Shown: piece by piece, positions 31,181-39,435 of the stretch
Layout: each line of letters begins with the position of its first letter
Numbering within the stretch: the first letter of the stretch is position 1
NCBI GenBank assembly: GCA_035263105.1
Contig: DATFRO010000021.1
Location: 41,254-105,253, forward strand
Direction: 5' to 3'
DNA from: Steroidobacteraceae bacterium
GTDB lineage: Bacteria > Pseudomonadota > Gammaproteobacteria > Steroidobacterales > Steroidobacteraceae
Length of the DNA: 64,000 nt
The notes under the pieces: model-generated
Seen by the model: the letters and a program-made list of their open reading frames with translations, nothing else
What the model was told of the DNA's origin: nothing
Database searches by the model: none
Made by a program: the position numbers and the translations under genes

Positions 31181-31397
31181 CCCATGCTGCGCGGTGGCCA
31201 CTGGAGTGGTTCGCGATACTAGGGTGCCGGCAGGGTGGCTGCAATCGCAGCAACCGTGCGAGCGTCGCAATTCCTGCGCGCCTCGCTGGCGACGCACTCA
31301 TGTAACATGCGCTGCGCGCCGTGCTGAACGGAATTGATGCCGATCGGGCTGCGCAGGAGGTCGAGGGACGAACCAACGGACAGGAGAGGTACGCGCG

Positions 31398-31538
31398 ATG
31401 GCGAAGCGAAAGAAACGGGCGAAGAAACGCACCACGAAGCGCAAGAAGCGCACCGCAGGCAGGAGCCGGAAGAAGAAGACGACTCGACGACGCAGGACCA
31501 GCCGCGGCGAGCCCGACGTCGCGCGGCCGCCGCACTGA
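31398..31538 (+). CDS. possible small (46 aa) extremely basic Lys/Arg-rich protein
   Basis: My own reading; below the ORF-track size cutoff. MAKRKKRAKKRTTKRKKRTAGRSRKKKTTRRRRTSRGEPDVARPPH. An AGGAGAGG Shine-Dalgarno lies upstream. AAG/CGC codon choice fits the genome better than the overlapping acidic frame 31334-31618. Confidence 0.35.
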   Translation: MAKRKKRAKKRTTKRKKRTAGRSRKKKTTRRRRTSRGEPDVARPPH

Positions 31539-31634
31539 GCACCGCCGGTCGATTCCGCGGCGCGCTGCTCGCAGGACACGCGCCGCGGCCCGGCTTCCCC
31601 AGGGAGACACGACAATAATGCTGCGAAGCGCACC

Positions 31635-32276
31635 ATGAACGCGACGGCGGTCCCCGCGTCGCGCGATTCGCTGCCGCTGGTACTGCTGGTCCTGGTCGCG
31701 ATCGCGCTGGCGCTCTCCGCCGTGCACCCGGCCGACCGGATCACCTGGTGGCTGGAGATCTTCCCGATCCTGCTGGTCGTGCCGGTGCTCATCTTCACCG
31801 CCCGGCGTTTTCCGCTCACCCGCCTGCTCTACGTCCTGATCGCGATCCACTGCCTGATTCTCATGGTGGGTGGGCACTACACGTACGCGCAGGTGCCCTT
31901 CGGCTTCTGGCTGCAGGATGTGCTCGACCTGTCGCGCAATCCCTACGATCGCATCGGCCACTTCGCGCAAGGGTTCGTGCCGGCGATCGCGGCGCGCGAG
32001 ATCCTGTTGCGCCAGACCCCGCTCCAGAGAGGCGGGTGGTTGTTTTTCATCGTCTCCGCGATCTGCCTCGCGATCAGCGCCTGCTACGAGTTCATCGAGT
32101 GGCTCGCCGCGGTCCTCGGCGGCGGCACCGCCGAGGCGTTCCTCGGCACGCAGGGCGATGTCTGGGACACCCAGTGGGACATGCTGACGGCGCTGATCGG
32201 CGCGATCACCGCCCAGCTGGTCCTCTCCGGCCTTCACGACCGCTCGCTCGAGCGGCTGCTGGGCCGCAAGAGCTGA
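31635..32276 (+). CDS. DUF2238 (YjdF-like) inner-membrane protein
   Basis: VHPADRITWWLEIFPILLVVPVL ... NPYDRIGHFAQGFVPAI ... EFIEW pattern of the YjdF family. Confidence 0.75.
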   Translation: MNATAVPASRDSLPLVLLVLVAIALALSAVHPADRITWWLEIFPILLVVPVLIFTARRFPLTRLLYVLIAIHCLILMVGGHYTYAQVPFGFWLQDVLDLSRNPYDRIGHFAQGFVPAIAAREILLRQTPLQRGGWLFFIVSAICLAISACYEFIEWLAAVLGGGTAEAFLGTQGDVWDTQWDMLTALIGAITAQLVLSGLHDRSLERLLGRKS

Positions 32277-32279
32277 ACC

Positions 32280-33395
32280 ATGCTCGAGGAACTGCAAGCC
32301 GCGCCCTGGCTGAAGCGCACGATCGTCTCGCTCCTGATCGGCGGCCTGCTGCTCTTGAGCTACGTCGTGTTGCGGCCGTTCCTGGTCCCGGTCATCTGGG
32401 CCATGATCCTGGCGTTCGTCACCTGGCCCTTGTACCTGAAGCTGCGCCGCGCGATGCGCTCGCGCGTCACCCTGTCGGCGCTGACGATGACGCTCCTCCT
32501 CACGATCGCCTTCGTGGTCCCGATCGTCTGGCTCACCTCGCTCATGCGGCACGAAGTGAAGGGCGCCTACGACGTGCTGATCGCGTTCCTGGCGAAGCAT
32601 CCGCAACTGCCGCCCTCGATCCACAACGTGCCCTGGTTCGGCGAGTGGCTGCAGGACATCATCGATCGGCTGGGCCGTGATCCGCAGGCGTTGCGCACCG
32701 AGATCGGCCTCTGGGCCGACCAGTCGCTCGGCGAGATCCGCACGCTCATCGGCGGCGTGGGCCGCAATCTCGCCAAGATCTTCTTCTCGCTCCTCACGGC
32801 CTTTTTCGTGTACCGCAACGGCGAACAGCTGGCGCAGCAGGTGCGTGCGGTGCTGGAGCGGATCATCGGCGATCGCATTCACGACTACCTGAAGGCGATC
32901 GGCGACACGACCGGCGCGGTCGTCTACGGCATCGTGCTCGCCGCGCTCGCGCAGGGCATTCTCGCGGGCCTCGGCTACTGGGTGGCGGGGCTCAAGGCGC
33001 CGGCGCTCCTCGGCGCGATCACCGTGATCGTGGCCCTCATCCCGTTCGGCGCGCCGCTCGTGTGGCTGAGCGCGGGGTTGTGGCTGCTGATGACGGATCG
33101 CACCGGCGCTGGCGTGGGGCTGCTCGCGTGGGGCGCCCTGGCGGTGAGCTGGATCGACAACCTCATCCGGCCGCTCGTGATCAGCAACGCCACCAAGATT
33201 CCCTTCCTGCTGGTGATGTTCGGCGTGCTGGGCGGGATCACCGCGTTCGGGCTGGTCGGGCTCTTCGTGGGGCCGGTGATTCTCGCCGTGCTGATGGCTG
33301 TGTGGCGCGAGTGGCTCCATGTGCCACACCCGCACCTGCATTCCCGGGCCCACCGGGAACAGGCTAGCTTGCCGGAGGACCCGTCCAGGTCTTGA
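32280..33395 (+). CDS. AI-2E family transporter (second copy)
   Basis: Multi-TM protein with ...LIPFGAPLVW... and ...IDNLIRPLVIS... segments typical of PerM/YhhT-like permeases. Confidence 0.8.
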   Translation: MLEELQAAPWLKRTIVSLLIGGLLLLSYVVLRPFLVPVIWAMILAFVTWPLYLKLRRAMRSRVTLSALTMTLLLTIAFVVPIVWLTSLMRHEVKGAYDVLIAFLAKHPQLPPSIHNVPWFGEWLQDIIDRLGRDPQALRTEIGLWADQSLGEIRTLIGGVGRNLAKIFFSLLTAFFVYRNGEQLAQQVRAVLERIIGDRIHDYLKAIGDTTGAVVYGIVLAALAQGILAGLGYWVAGLKAPALLGAITVIVALIPFGAPLVWLSAGLWLLMTDRTGAGVGLLAWGALAVSWIDNLIRPLVISNATKIPFLLVMFGVLGGITAFGLVGLFVGPVILAVLMAVWREWLHVPHPHLHSRAHREQASLPEDPSRS

Positions 33396-35013
33396 CGAGC
33401 GAGCGCCACTTCTCGCGCCAGCCGACACGCTCGTCGGACAAGGTGTCGAGGAAGTCGGCGAGGCGCTTCGACTTCACGATCGTGTACATGGTGATTGCGC
33501 TGGTCGCGAGCAGGATCACGACGAAGAACAGGATGCGCCACCCCAGCGGGCGGTTCGCTTCGGCGATCAGGTTCATCCCGAGGAAGCCGGTCGCCACCGT
33601 GCCGATGAGGCCGAAGATAGTCACCACCGTGAGGCGCAGGATGGTGTTGGCCTGGCGGCGCACGCTGTCGGTGTCGAGGTATTCGTTCATGTCTTCGACT
33701 TCGGCACCCACTTCCTCGTAGAGCGTCTCGGTGCCGAGCTGCTGGCGCAGGCGGTCGAAGATGCTGCGCGCGATGTTCTGGTTCGACAGCTGGTGGAACC
33801 AGTAGCGATGCGTGAAGCGCAGGAAGATCTCCATCGAGGAGCGGATGGCGCGCTTGAACTGGCGCACCGACTCGAGGTCGCCGACTTCGAGCCGGTTCAT
33901 CGCCACCGCCAGCTCGTCCGACATCGAGAGGAGCGCCGCGCGGTGAAAGTGCGCGATCAGGAACAGCAGGAAGTACTGGTGCCGGAACTGGCCGAAGAGG
34001 CCGGTTTCGCGGCCGGTGAAGAAGTAATCGTCCTGCCGGCCGACGACCGCGAGCAGCTGCCCTGTGCAGATGAGGCGCGTGTCGCCGGAGAAGAGGTCGC
34101 CAGCCCGTCCCCAGAAGCGATCGTCGCAATACTCCGCTTCAAAGCTTTCGAGTGACTTGGCCGAATAGGGCAGGGAATCGCGCCCGCCGGGCCGCGTCAG
34201 CATCCCGAGGCGCACGAAGTCCGCGCGTGACAGGTCGCTCGGATCGTCGAAGGACAGGTACGCCATCAGCGGCATCCGGTAGTACTCGAGCTGCCGGTAG
34301 CGCAGCGGTCCCGTCTGTCCCGGGAACTCCAGCACCGCCGGGCGCAGCAGGAATTCCCAGTGCGCCGCGATCGCCGGTGCGCGGTAGCGGCCGACGTGGC
34401 CGAGATACTTCTGCTTGAGCTCGTAGTCGGAGGTCGCGAGCACCTGGCCCGCCTCGTCCAGCCATTCGACGCGCCGCGGGCAATTGCCGCCGTGGCCGTT
34501 GCGCTCCCAGAACGCGGGGTAGGCGCGACCGAAGCGGAACAGCGTGTCCTGCGCCCGATCGAGGCTGATGTCGTTGGCGTGTATCTCGAAGGCCAGCATC
34601 GCGATGTCGGCATCGAGGAAGAAATACAGGTCGGTGTGCGCGACATCGAAGATGACCGACCCGCCGTCGTCATACGTGACGCGCACGCGCGCGATGTCGG
34701 GGCGACGGAACACCCGGATGCTCGGTTCGCCGTGGCGTTGCGAGGCTTCCTGTCCCGCGCTCGAGCCATAGAGGAAGCGCTGCACGTACGGCAGGAACGT
34801 CACGAACTCCTTGTAGTGCCGCTCCTGGAACTCGAGCGGGTCGCTCGAATATTCATCGCGCACTTCGCGCCAGGCACACCCGTCGGTGAGCGTCTCGAGC
34901 GCTTCCCAATGCCGTTGCACCTGCACGCCCGGCTTCAGCGGCATGAGCTGCAGCGGCCAGAGCACGATCTGGCGGAAATGGCGCACGACGATAGGTGCGG
35001 CGGCATCGCTCAT
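33364..35013 (-). CDS. CorA-like membrane protein (GMN motif) with a large unassigned N-terminal cytoplasmic domain
   Basis: The C-terminus TGFLGMNLIAE is flanked by two TM helices (LTVVTIFGLIGTVATGF and ILFFVVILLATSAITMYTIV), as in CorA. The preceding 450 aa or so have no family I can name. Confidence 0.65.
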   Translation of the reverse strand: MSDAAAPIVVRHFRQIVLWPLQLMPLKPGVQVQRHWEALETLTDGCAWREVRDEYSSDPLEFQERHYKEFVTFLPYVQRFLYGSSAGQEASQRHGEPSIRVFRRPDIARVRVTYDDGGSVIFDVAHTDLYFFLDADIAMLAFEIHANDISLDRAQDTLFRFGRAYPAFWERNGHGGNCPRRVEWLDEAGQVLATSDYELKQKYLGHVGRYRAPAIAAHWEFLLRPAVLEFPGQTGPLRYRQLEYYRMPLMAYLSFDDPSDLSRADFVRLGMLTRPGGRDSLPYSAKSLESFEAEYCDDRFWGRAGDLFSGDTRLICTGQLLAVVGRQDDYFFTGRETGLFGQFRHQYFLLFLIAHFHRAALLSMSDELAVAMNRLEVGDLESVRQFKRAIRSSMEIFLRFTHRYWFHQLSNQNIARSIFDRLRQQLGTETLYEEVGAEVEDMNEYLDTDSVRRQANTILRLTVVTIFGLIGTVATGFLGMNLIAEANRPLGWRILFFVVILLATSAITMYTIVKSKRLADFLDTLSDERVGWREKWRSLVKTWTGPPAS

Positions 35014-35138
35014 GAAATCGCTGGCCTCGGTCCGGGGGCGCGGCTATTGCCCTTGTGGCTCGCGCCGGGCCGTAAAGTAGTGCATGCGCCGATCTGCGAC
35101 AATCACAAAATGACGATCGCAGGCACTTCCCGGGGTTC

Positions 35139-36383
35139 ATGAGCACGGCCGGCCGGCACGCGCTGGGCGCTTTGAGCTACCCCAGCTTCGCGCGTTTTCT
35201 CTCCGCCCGATTCCTGTCCACGCTCGCCGTGCAGATGCAGAGCGTCGCGGTTGGCTGGCAGGTCTACGCGATCACGCACGATCCACTCGATCTCGGCCTG
35301 ATCGGCCTCGCGCAGTTCATGCCGTTCCTCGCGCTCATCCTGATCGCGGGGCAAGTGGCGGACCGATACGACCGGCGGCTGATTCTCGCCGGCTGTTTCG
35401 CGATCGAGGTGCTGTGCGCACTGCTGTTGCTCGCGTTCACCTTCAGCGGTCTTGAGGTCGTCTGGCCGGTGTTCGCGGTGCTGGTGTTGTTCGGTATCGC
35501 GCGCGCTTTCAGCATGCCGACGTCCTCGGCGATCACGCCCAACCTGGTGCCCATCGAACGGTTCGGGAACGCGGTCGCGCTCAACTCCTCGACGTTCCAG
35601 GTCGCGACGATCGCGGGCCCCACCATCGGCGGCCTGCTCTACATCTACGGACCGCATGTCGTGTACAGCACGGTCGCGGTCATCCTGACCGTCTCCGTCG
35701 TGCTGATGGTCATGGTGAAAGTGCCGCGCGTCGTGCGGTCGGCAGAGCCGACGACCTGGCACACGGTGCTCGAGGGACTGCGCTTCGTACGCTCGCGCCC
35801 GGTGGTCCTCGGCGCAATCTCGCTCGACCTCTTCGCGGTCCTCTTCGGAGGCGCGACCGCACTTCTGCCCGCGCTGGCGAGTGACGTCCTGCACGTCGGG
35901 CCGACCGGTCTCGGCTTCCTGCGCACGGCGCCCGGACTCGGTGCGGCGCTCACAGGACTGCTGCTCGTGATGGCCCCGGTGTCGCGCGACGTGGGGCGCT
36001 GGATGTTCGGCGGCGTGGTGCTGTTCGGTATCGCGACCATCGTGCTCGGCGTCTCGGAATATTTCGCGGTCTCGATGGCGGCGCTGTTCCTGCTCGGCGC
36101 GGGCGACATGGTGAGCGTCTACATCCGCCACGTGCTGGTGCAACTGGAAACGCCGGATGCCATTCGCGGCCGGGTGAGCGCGGTGAACGCTGTCTTCATC
36201 GGCGCTTCCAACGAGCTCGGCGAGTTCGAATCGGGTGTGACTGCGGTGTGGTTCGGCTTGCGGCCCGCGGTGGTGATCGGCGGCATCGCGACGCTGTGCG
36301 TCGCCGGCCTCTGGTCGCGCTGGTTCCCGAGCTTGCGCACCGTGGATCGATTCCCTGGCTCCGCGCCCCCGTCACAGCCCTGA
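35139..36383 (+). CDS. MFS transporter
   Basis: 414 aa, 12 predicted TM helices, with GQVADRYDRRLIL after TM2 (MFS motif A). Confidence 0.8.
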   Translation: MSTAGRHALGALSYPSFARFLSARFLSTLAVQMQSVAVGWQVYAITHDPLDLGLIGLAQFMPFLALILIAGQVADRYDRRLILAGCFAIEVLCALLLLAFTFSGLEVVWPVFAVLVLFGIARAFSMPTSSAITPNLVPIERFGNAVALNSSTFQVATIAGPTIGGLLYIYGPHVVYSTVAVILTVSVVLMVMVKVPRVVRSAEPTTWHTVLEGLRFVRSRPVVLGAISLDLFAVLFGGATALLPALASDVLHVGPTGLGFLRTAPGLGAALTGLLLVMAPVSRDVGRWMFGGVVLFGIATIVLGVSEYFAVSMAALFLLGAGDMVSVYIRHVLVQLETPDAIRGRVSAVNAVFIGASNELGEFESGVTAVWFGLRPAVVIGGIATLCVAGLWSRWFPSLRTVDRFPGSAPPSQP

Positions 36384-36419
36384 GCGCTTGCGCCACGTAT
36401 AGAAGAGTGGCGTATACTC

Positions 36420-36435
36420 CTGTATATCCGTACAG
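36420..36435 (+). promoter_or_regulatory. LexA (SOS) box of the E. coli/Pseudomonas type
   Basis: CTGTATATCCGTACAG = CTGT-N8-ACAG inside the longer palindrome CCTGTA-N6-TACAGG. It is immediately preceded by TATACT (36413-36418, -10-like) and lies 11 nt before ATG 36447. Confidence 0.65.
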
Positions 36436-36446
36436 GATGCCTTCCC

Positions 36447-38561
36447 ATGCCGATCGATCCAGGAATCCGCAAGGGGCGCGGTGCCGGCTCCAATCCCGAG
36501 GGGCGCTTTGAATCCCGCCGCACTGAGGCGGTCGACGACGGCTGGCCGCAGGAACTCGCAGACGAATTGCCGCCGCTCGAGACGACACTCACTCCCGAGC
36601 ACGCGAAGCACGTCATCACGCGCAACAACTCACCCGACATCGCGTTCGAGCAATCGATCAACCCGTACAGGGGTTGCGAACACGGCTGTGTGTACTGTCT
36701 AGGGGGTGAGACACAGATACTGATGGGCGATGGCACCACCAAGGCCATTGCGGACATTCGACTCGGCGACGAGATATACGGCACTGAGAAGCGTGGCCAC
36801 TATCGGCGCTACGTAAAGACCACGGTTCTGGCTCACTGGAGCACTCGCAAACCGGCTCATCGAGTGTGCCTGGCCGATGGCACGGAAGTGATTGCCAGTG
36901 CGGACCATCGTTTTCTGACCGAGCGCGGGTGGAAGTTCGTCGCGCAGGGGGGTGGAGGACAAAGACCCTACCTGACTCGCAACAACTCACTCATGGGTTT
37001 TGGTCTCGTTCGAACATCCTCCTGCACCGAGAGCGCGGCGTACCGTCGCGGATATCTGTGCGGTGTGATCCGTGGTGATGGCCGCATCGGGGCCTATCAC
37101 TACCAGGGGCCTGGACGCTCGCACGGCGACCAGTATCGGTTTCGACTGGCCATGATCGACGGCGAGCCGCTGGAGAGAACACGCCGCTACCTGGCAGAGT
37201 TCGGCATCGGAACTGACGTCTTCCTCTTCCAGGCCGAGCGTCCGAATCGTCGCAGGATCGAGGCCATCCGAACCAGTGCGCGAGCCTCGGTGGAAGCGAT
37301 TCAGTCGTTGATCCAGTGGCCGGACCGAACTGATGACGAATGGACGCAAGGTTTTGCAGCCGGAATCTACGACGCGGAAGGCTCATTCGGCGATGGGATT
37401 CTGAGGATCGCAAATGCCGATACCAGAATGATCGAGACGACAACGATTGCTCTGTCCCGCCTGGGATTCGACGCCGTCGTGGAGATGACACGCGCACGTT
37501 TGTCGCGTCCGATGTATTACGTCCGCGTCCGGGGCGGACTGCGCGCTCACCTGCGCTTCATGCAGTCGTGCAATCCGGCCATCGCTCGCAAGCGTTGTGT
37601 AACAGGGCAGGCGGTCAAGTCACGCGCCGAACTCGACGTCGTGGCGGTCGAAGGATTGGATGAGCGTCAACTGTTCGACATCACCACTGGAACCGGCGAC
37701 TTCATCGCCAACGGCGTCATCAGCCACAACTGCTACGCCCGTCCGGCGCACGCATACATGAATCTCTCGCCCGGGCTCGATTTCGAAACCAAGATCTTCT
37801 ACAAGTCGCGCGCGGCGCAGTTGCTGGAAGACGAGCTCACCAAGCCCGGTTACGTCTGCAAGCCGATCAATCTCGGCGCGAACACCGATCCGTATCAGCC
37901 GGCCGAGCGCAAGCTCAGGGTGACGCGCTCCGTGCTCGAGGTGCTGCAACGATTTCGTCATCCGCTGACGATCGTCACCAAGTCCGCACTCGTGGAACGC
38001 GACATCGACATCCTCGCCGACATGGCGCGCGATGCACTCGTCTCGGTCTTCGTCAGCATCACCACGCTCGACCCGGCGCTGAAGCGCGGCCTCGAGCCGC
38101 GAGCGCCGGCGCCGCTCGCAAGACTCGGCGCCGTGAGAAAGCTGAACGACGCCGGGATTCCGGTCGGCGTGTTCGTCGCGCCGATCATTCCCGCCGTCAA
38201 CGATCACGAGATCGAAGCCATCCTCGAGGCCTGTGCCCAGGCCGGCGCCCGGACGGCAGGCTATGTCATGTTGCGCTTGCCTTACGAAGTGAAGGACCTG
38301 TTCCGTGAGTGGCTGGCGAATCACCTGCCCGAGCGCGCCGATCACGTTATGTCGCTGATTCGCGCCATGCGGGACGGGAAGGATAACGATCCGCGCTTCG
38401 GCTCGCGGATGAAGGGACAAGGCGCCTACGCGGAGCTCATCGGCCGGCGATTTGCAGTGTGCAGCCGCCGTTTGGGCCTCGATCGCGGCCGCGCGCTTCA
38501 GCTTTCGACCTGCCATTTCCGCTCGCGGGCAGCCGCCGGTGGTCAGCTCGACCTGATCTGA
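36447..38561 (+). CDS. PA0069-family radical SAM protein (SplB/COG1533-like), interrupted by an intein
   Basis: The exteins read ...NPYRGCEHGCVY | CYARPAHAYMNLSPGLDFETKIFYK..., which restores the CxxxCxxC radical SAM motif when residues 84-428 are removed. The C-terminal extein is collinear with PA0069-type proteins. Confidence 0.85.
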   Translation: MPIDPGIRKGRGAGSNPEGRFESRRTEAVDDGWPQELADELPPLETTLTPEHAKHVITRNNSPDIAFEQSINPYRGCEHGCVYCLGGETQILMGDGTTKAIADIRLGDEIYGTEKRGHYRRYVKTTVLAHWSTRKPAHRVCLADGTEVIASADHRFLTERGWKFVAQGGGGQRPYLTRNNSLMGFGLVRTSSCTESAAYRRGYLCGVIRGDGRIGAYHYQGPGRSHGDQYRFRLAMIDGEPLERTRRYLAEFGIGTDVFLFQAERPNRRRIEAIRTSARASVEAIQSLIQWPDRTDDEWTQGFAAGIYDAEGSFGDGILRIANADTRMIETTTIALSRLGFDAVVEMTRARLSRPMYYVRVRGGLRAHLRFMQSCNPAIARKRCVTGQAVKSRAELDVVAVEGLDERQLFDITTGTGDFIANGVISHNCYARPAHAYMNLSPGLDFETKIFYKSRAAQLLEDELTKPGYVCKPINLGANTDPYQPAERKLRVTRSVLEVLQRFRHPLTIVTKSALVERDIDILADMARDALVSVFVSITTLDPALKRGLEPRAPAPLARLGAVRKLNDAGIPVGVFVAPIIPAVNDHEIEAILEACAQAGARTAGYVMLRLPYEVKDLFREWLANHLPERADHVMSLIRAMRDGKDNDPRFGSRMKGQGAYAELIGRRFAVCSRRLGLDRGRALQLSTCHFRSRAAAGGQLDLI
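36696..37730 (+). mobile_element. class 1 intein (345 aa) with LAGLIDADG homing-endonuclease domain
   Basis: It starts with CLGGETQILMGDGT (block A Cys1), has block B SADHRFLTE, two LAGLIDADG motifs (YLCGVIRGDGRIG and FAAGIYDAEGSF), and ends FIANGVISHN followed by the +1 Cys. Codon usage is visibly more A/T-ending (cta, aca, ata, gta, aaa) than in the flanks. Confidence 0.85.
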
Positions 38562-38585
38562 AAGTGACAAAACGTGGGCTTCGGA

Positions 38586-38606
38586 ACCCGTGATGCATTC
38601 ACGGGT
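38586..38606 (+). terminator. hairpin after the radical SAM gene
   Basis: ACCCGTGA-TGCAT-TCACGGGT, an 8-bp stem 25 nt after the stop. There is no U-tract, so it is only a candidate. Confidence 0.35.
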
Positions 38607-38706
38607 CTACGATCGACGAAGCTTCACGTATACTGGCTGCAAAACCGGCCCAACCAGCGCGGCGAAGCTTTTCCTTCAATCCGTGCGTGTTCGGCTCGGG
38701 GGCTCC

Positions 38707-39426
38707 ATGAGCTGCACAGAGCGTCCGAATTTTTCTTCCTTCGACGGCCTCCCGCGCGTCGTTCCGGTTGCGGCGTTCCTGGCGTTGAGCCTCGCGGGTT
38801 GCATGCGTGCGCAGGTCGTGGAAAGCCGCGAATTCGCGACCCAGATCAGCAAGGACGAAGGCGTCGTGCTGCTTGCGAAGCCGCACGTCGAAGGCACCGG
38901 CACCGAGGAAGATTTCACCGACTGCGTCGCCTCGGATCTCTCGCGTGGCAAGTCATCGTTCCGTGTCGACGACAATCACAAGTTTGTCGACGCGCTGTTC
39001 CCCTGGTTCGAGCCCTCGACCGCACCGACGCGACCCGAGGGGCTGACCAGCCTCCTCAACAAGCCGCGCGTCGCGGAACGGCTCGCCGAAACCGGTGTCC
39101 GTTATGTCGTGTGGTTCGACGGTGAGACGCGCAAGACCGATGGCGGCGGCAGTATCGCCTGCGGTGCCGGGCCCGGCGGCGCCGGCTGTATCGGCTTCGG
39201 CTGGTGGGAAAAGGAATCCGATTACGTTGCTACTGTGTGGGACCTGAAGGAAACCCGCTCGGCTGGCACCGTGAGCACGAATGTGACAGGCACGTCCGCG
39301 CTGGTGGGCGCCATCATCCCGTTGCCGTTCATCGCGCGTGTGCAGGGCACCGCCTGCAATCGCATGGCCGACCAGCTGCGCTCTTTCCTGCGAGGCGATG
39401 ACCTCGCGGCGTCCTCCGCCCAGTGA
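38707..39426 (+). CDS. lipoprotein, first gene of the 12-gene operon
   Basis: Signal and lipobox VAAFLALSLAGC. No family recognised. The ATG at 38707 is preferred to the alternative start at 38590. Confidence 0.65.
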   Translation: MSCTERPNFSSFDGLPRVVPVAAFLALSLAGCMRAQVVESREFATQISKDEGVVLLAKPHVEGTGTEEDFTDCVASDLSRGKSSFRVDDNHKFVDALFPWFEPSTAPTRPEGLTSLLNKPRVAERLAETGVRYVVWFDGETRKTDGGGSIACGAGPGGAGCIGFGWWEKESDYVATVWDLKETRSAGTVSTNVTGTSALVGAIIPLPFIARVQGTACNRMADQLRSFLRGDDLAASSAQ

Positions 39427-39435
39427 GACCCTGAT

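Noticed and set aside
31334-31618. 94-aa acidic ORF from the track in the kinase/YjdF intergenic region
   Set aside because: Its codon choice (GAA, AGG, ACG-rich) fits the genome worse than the overlapping short basic frame, and there is no Shine-Dalgarno before its start. Neither frame is certain.
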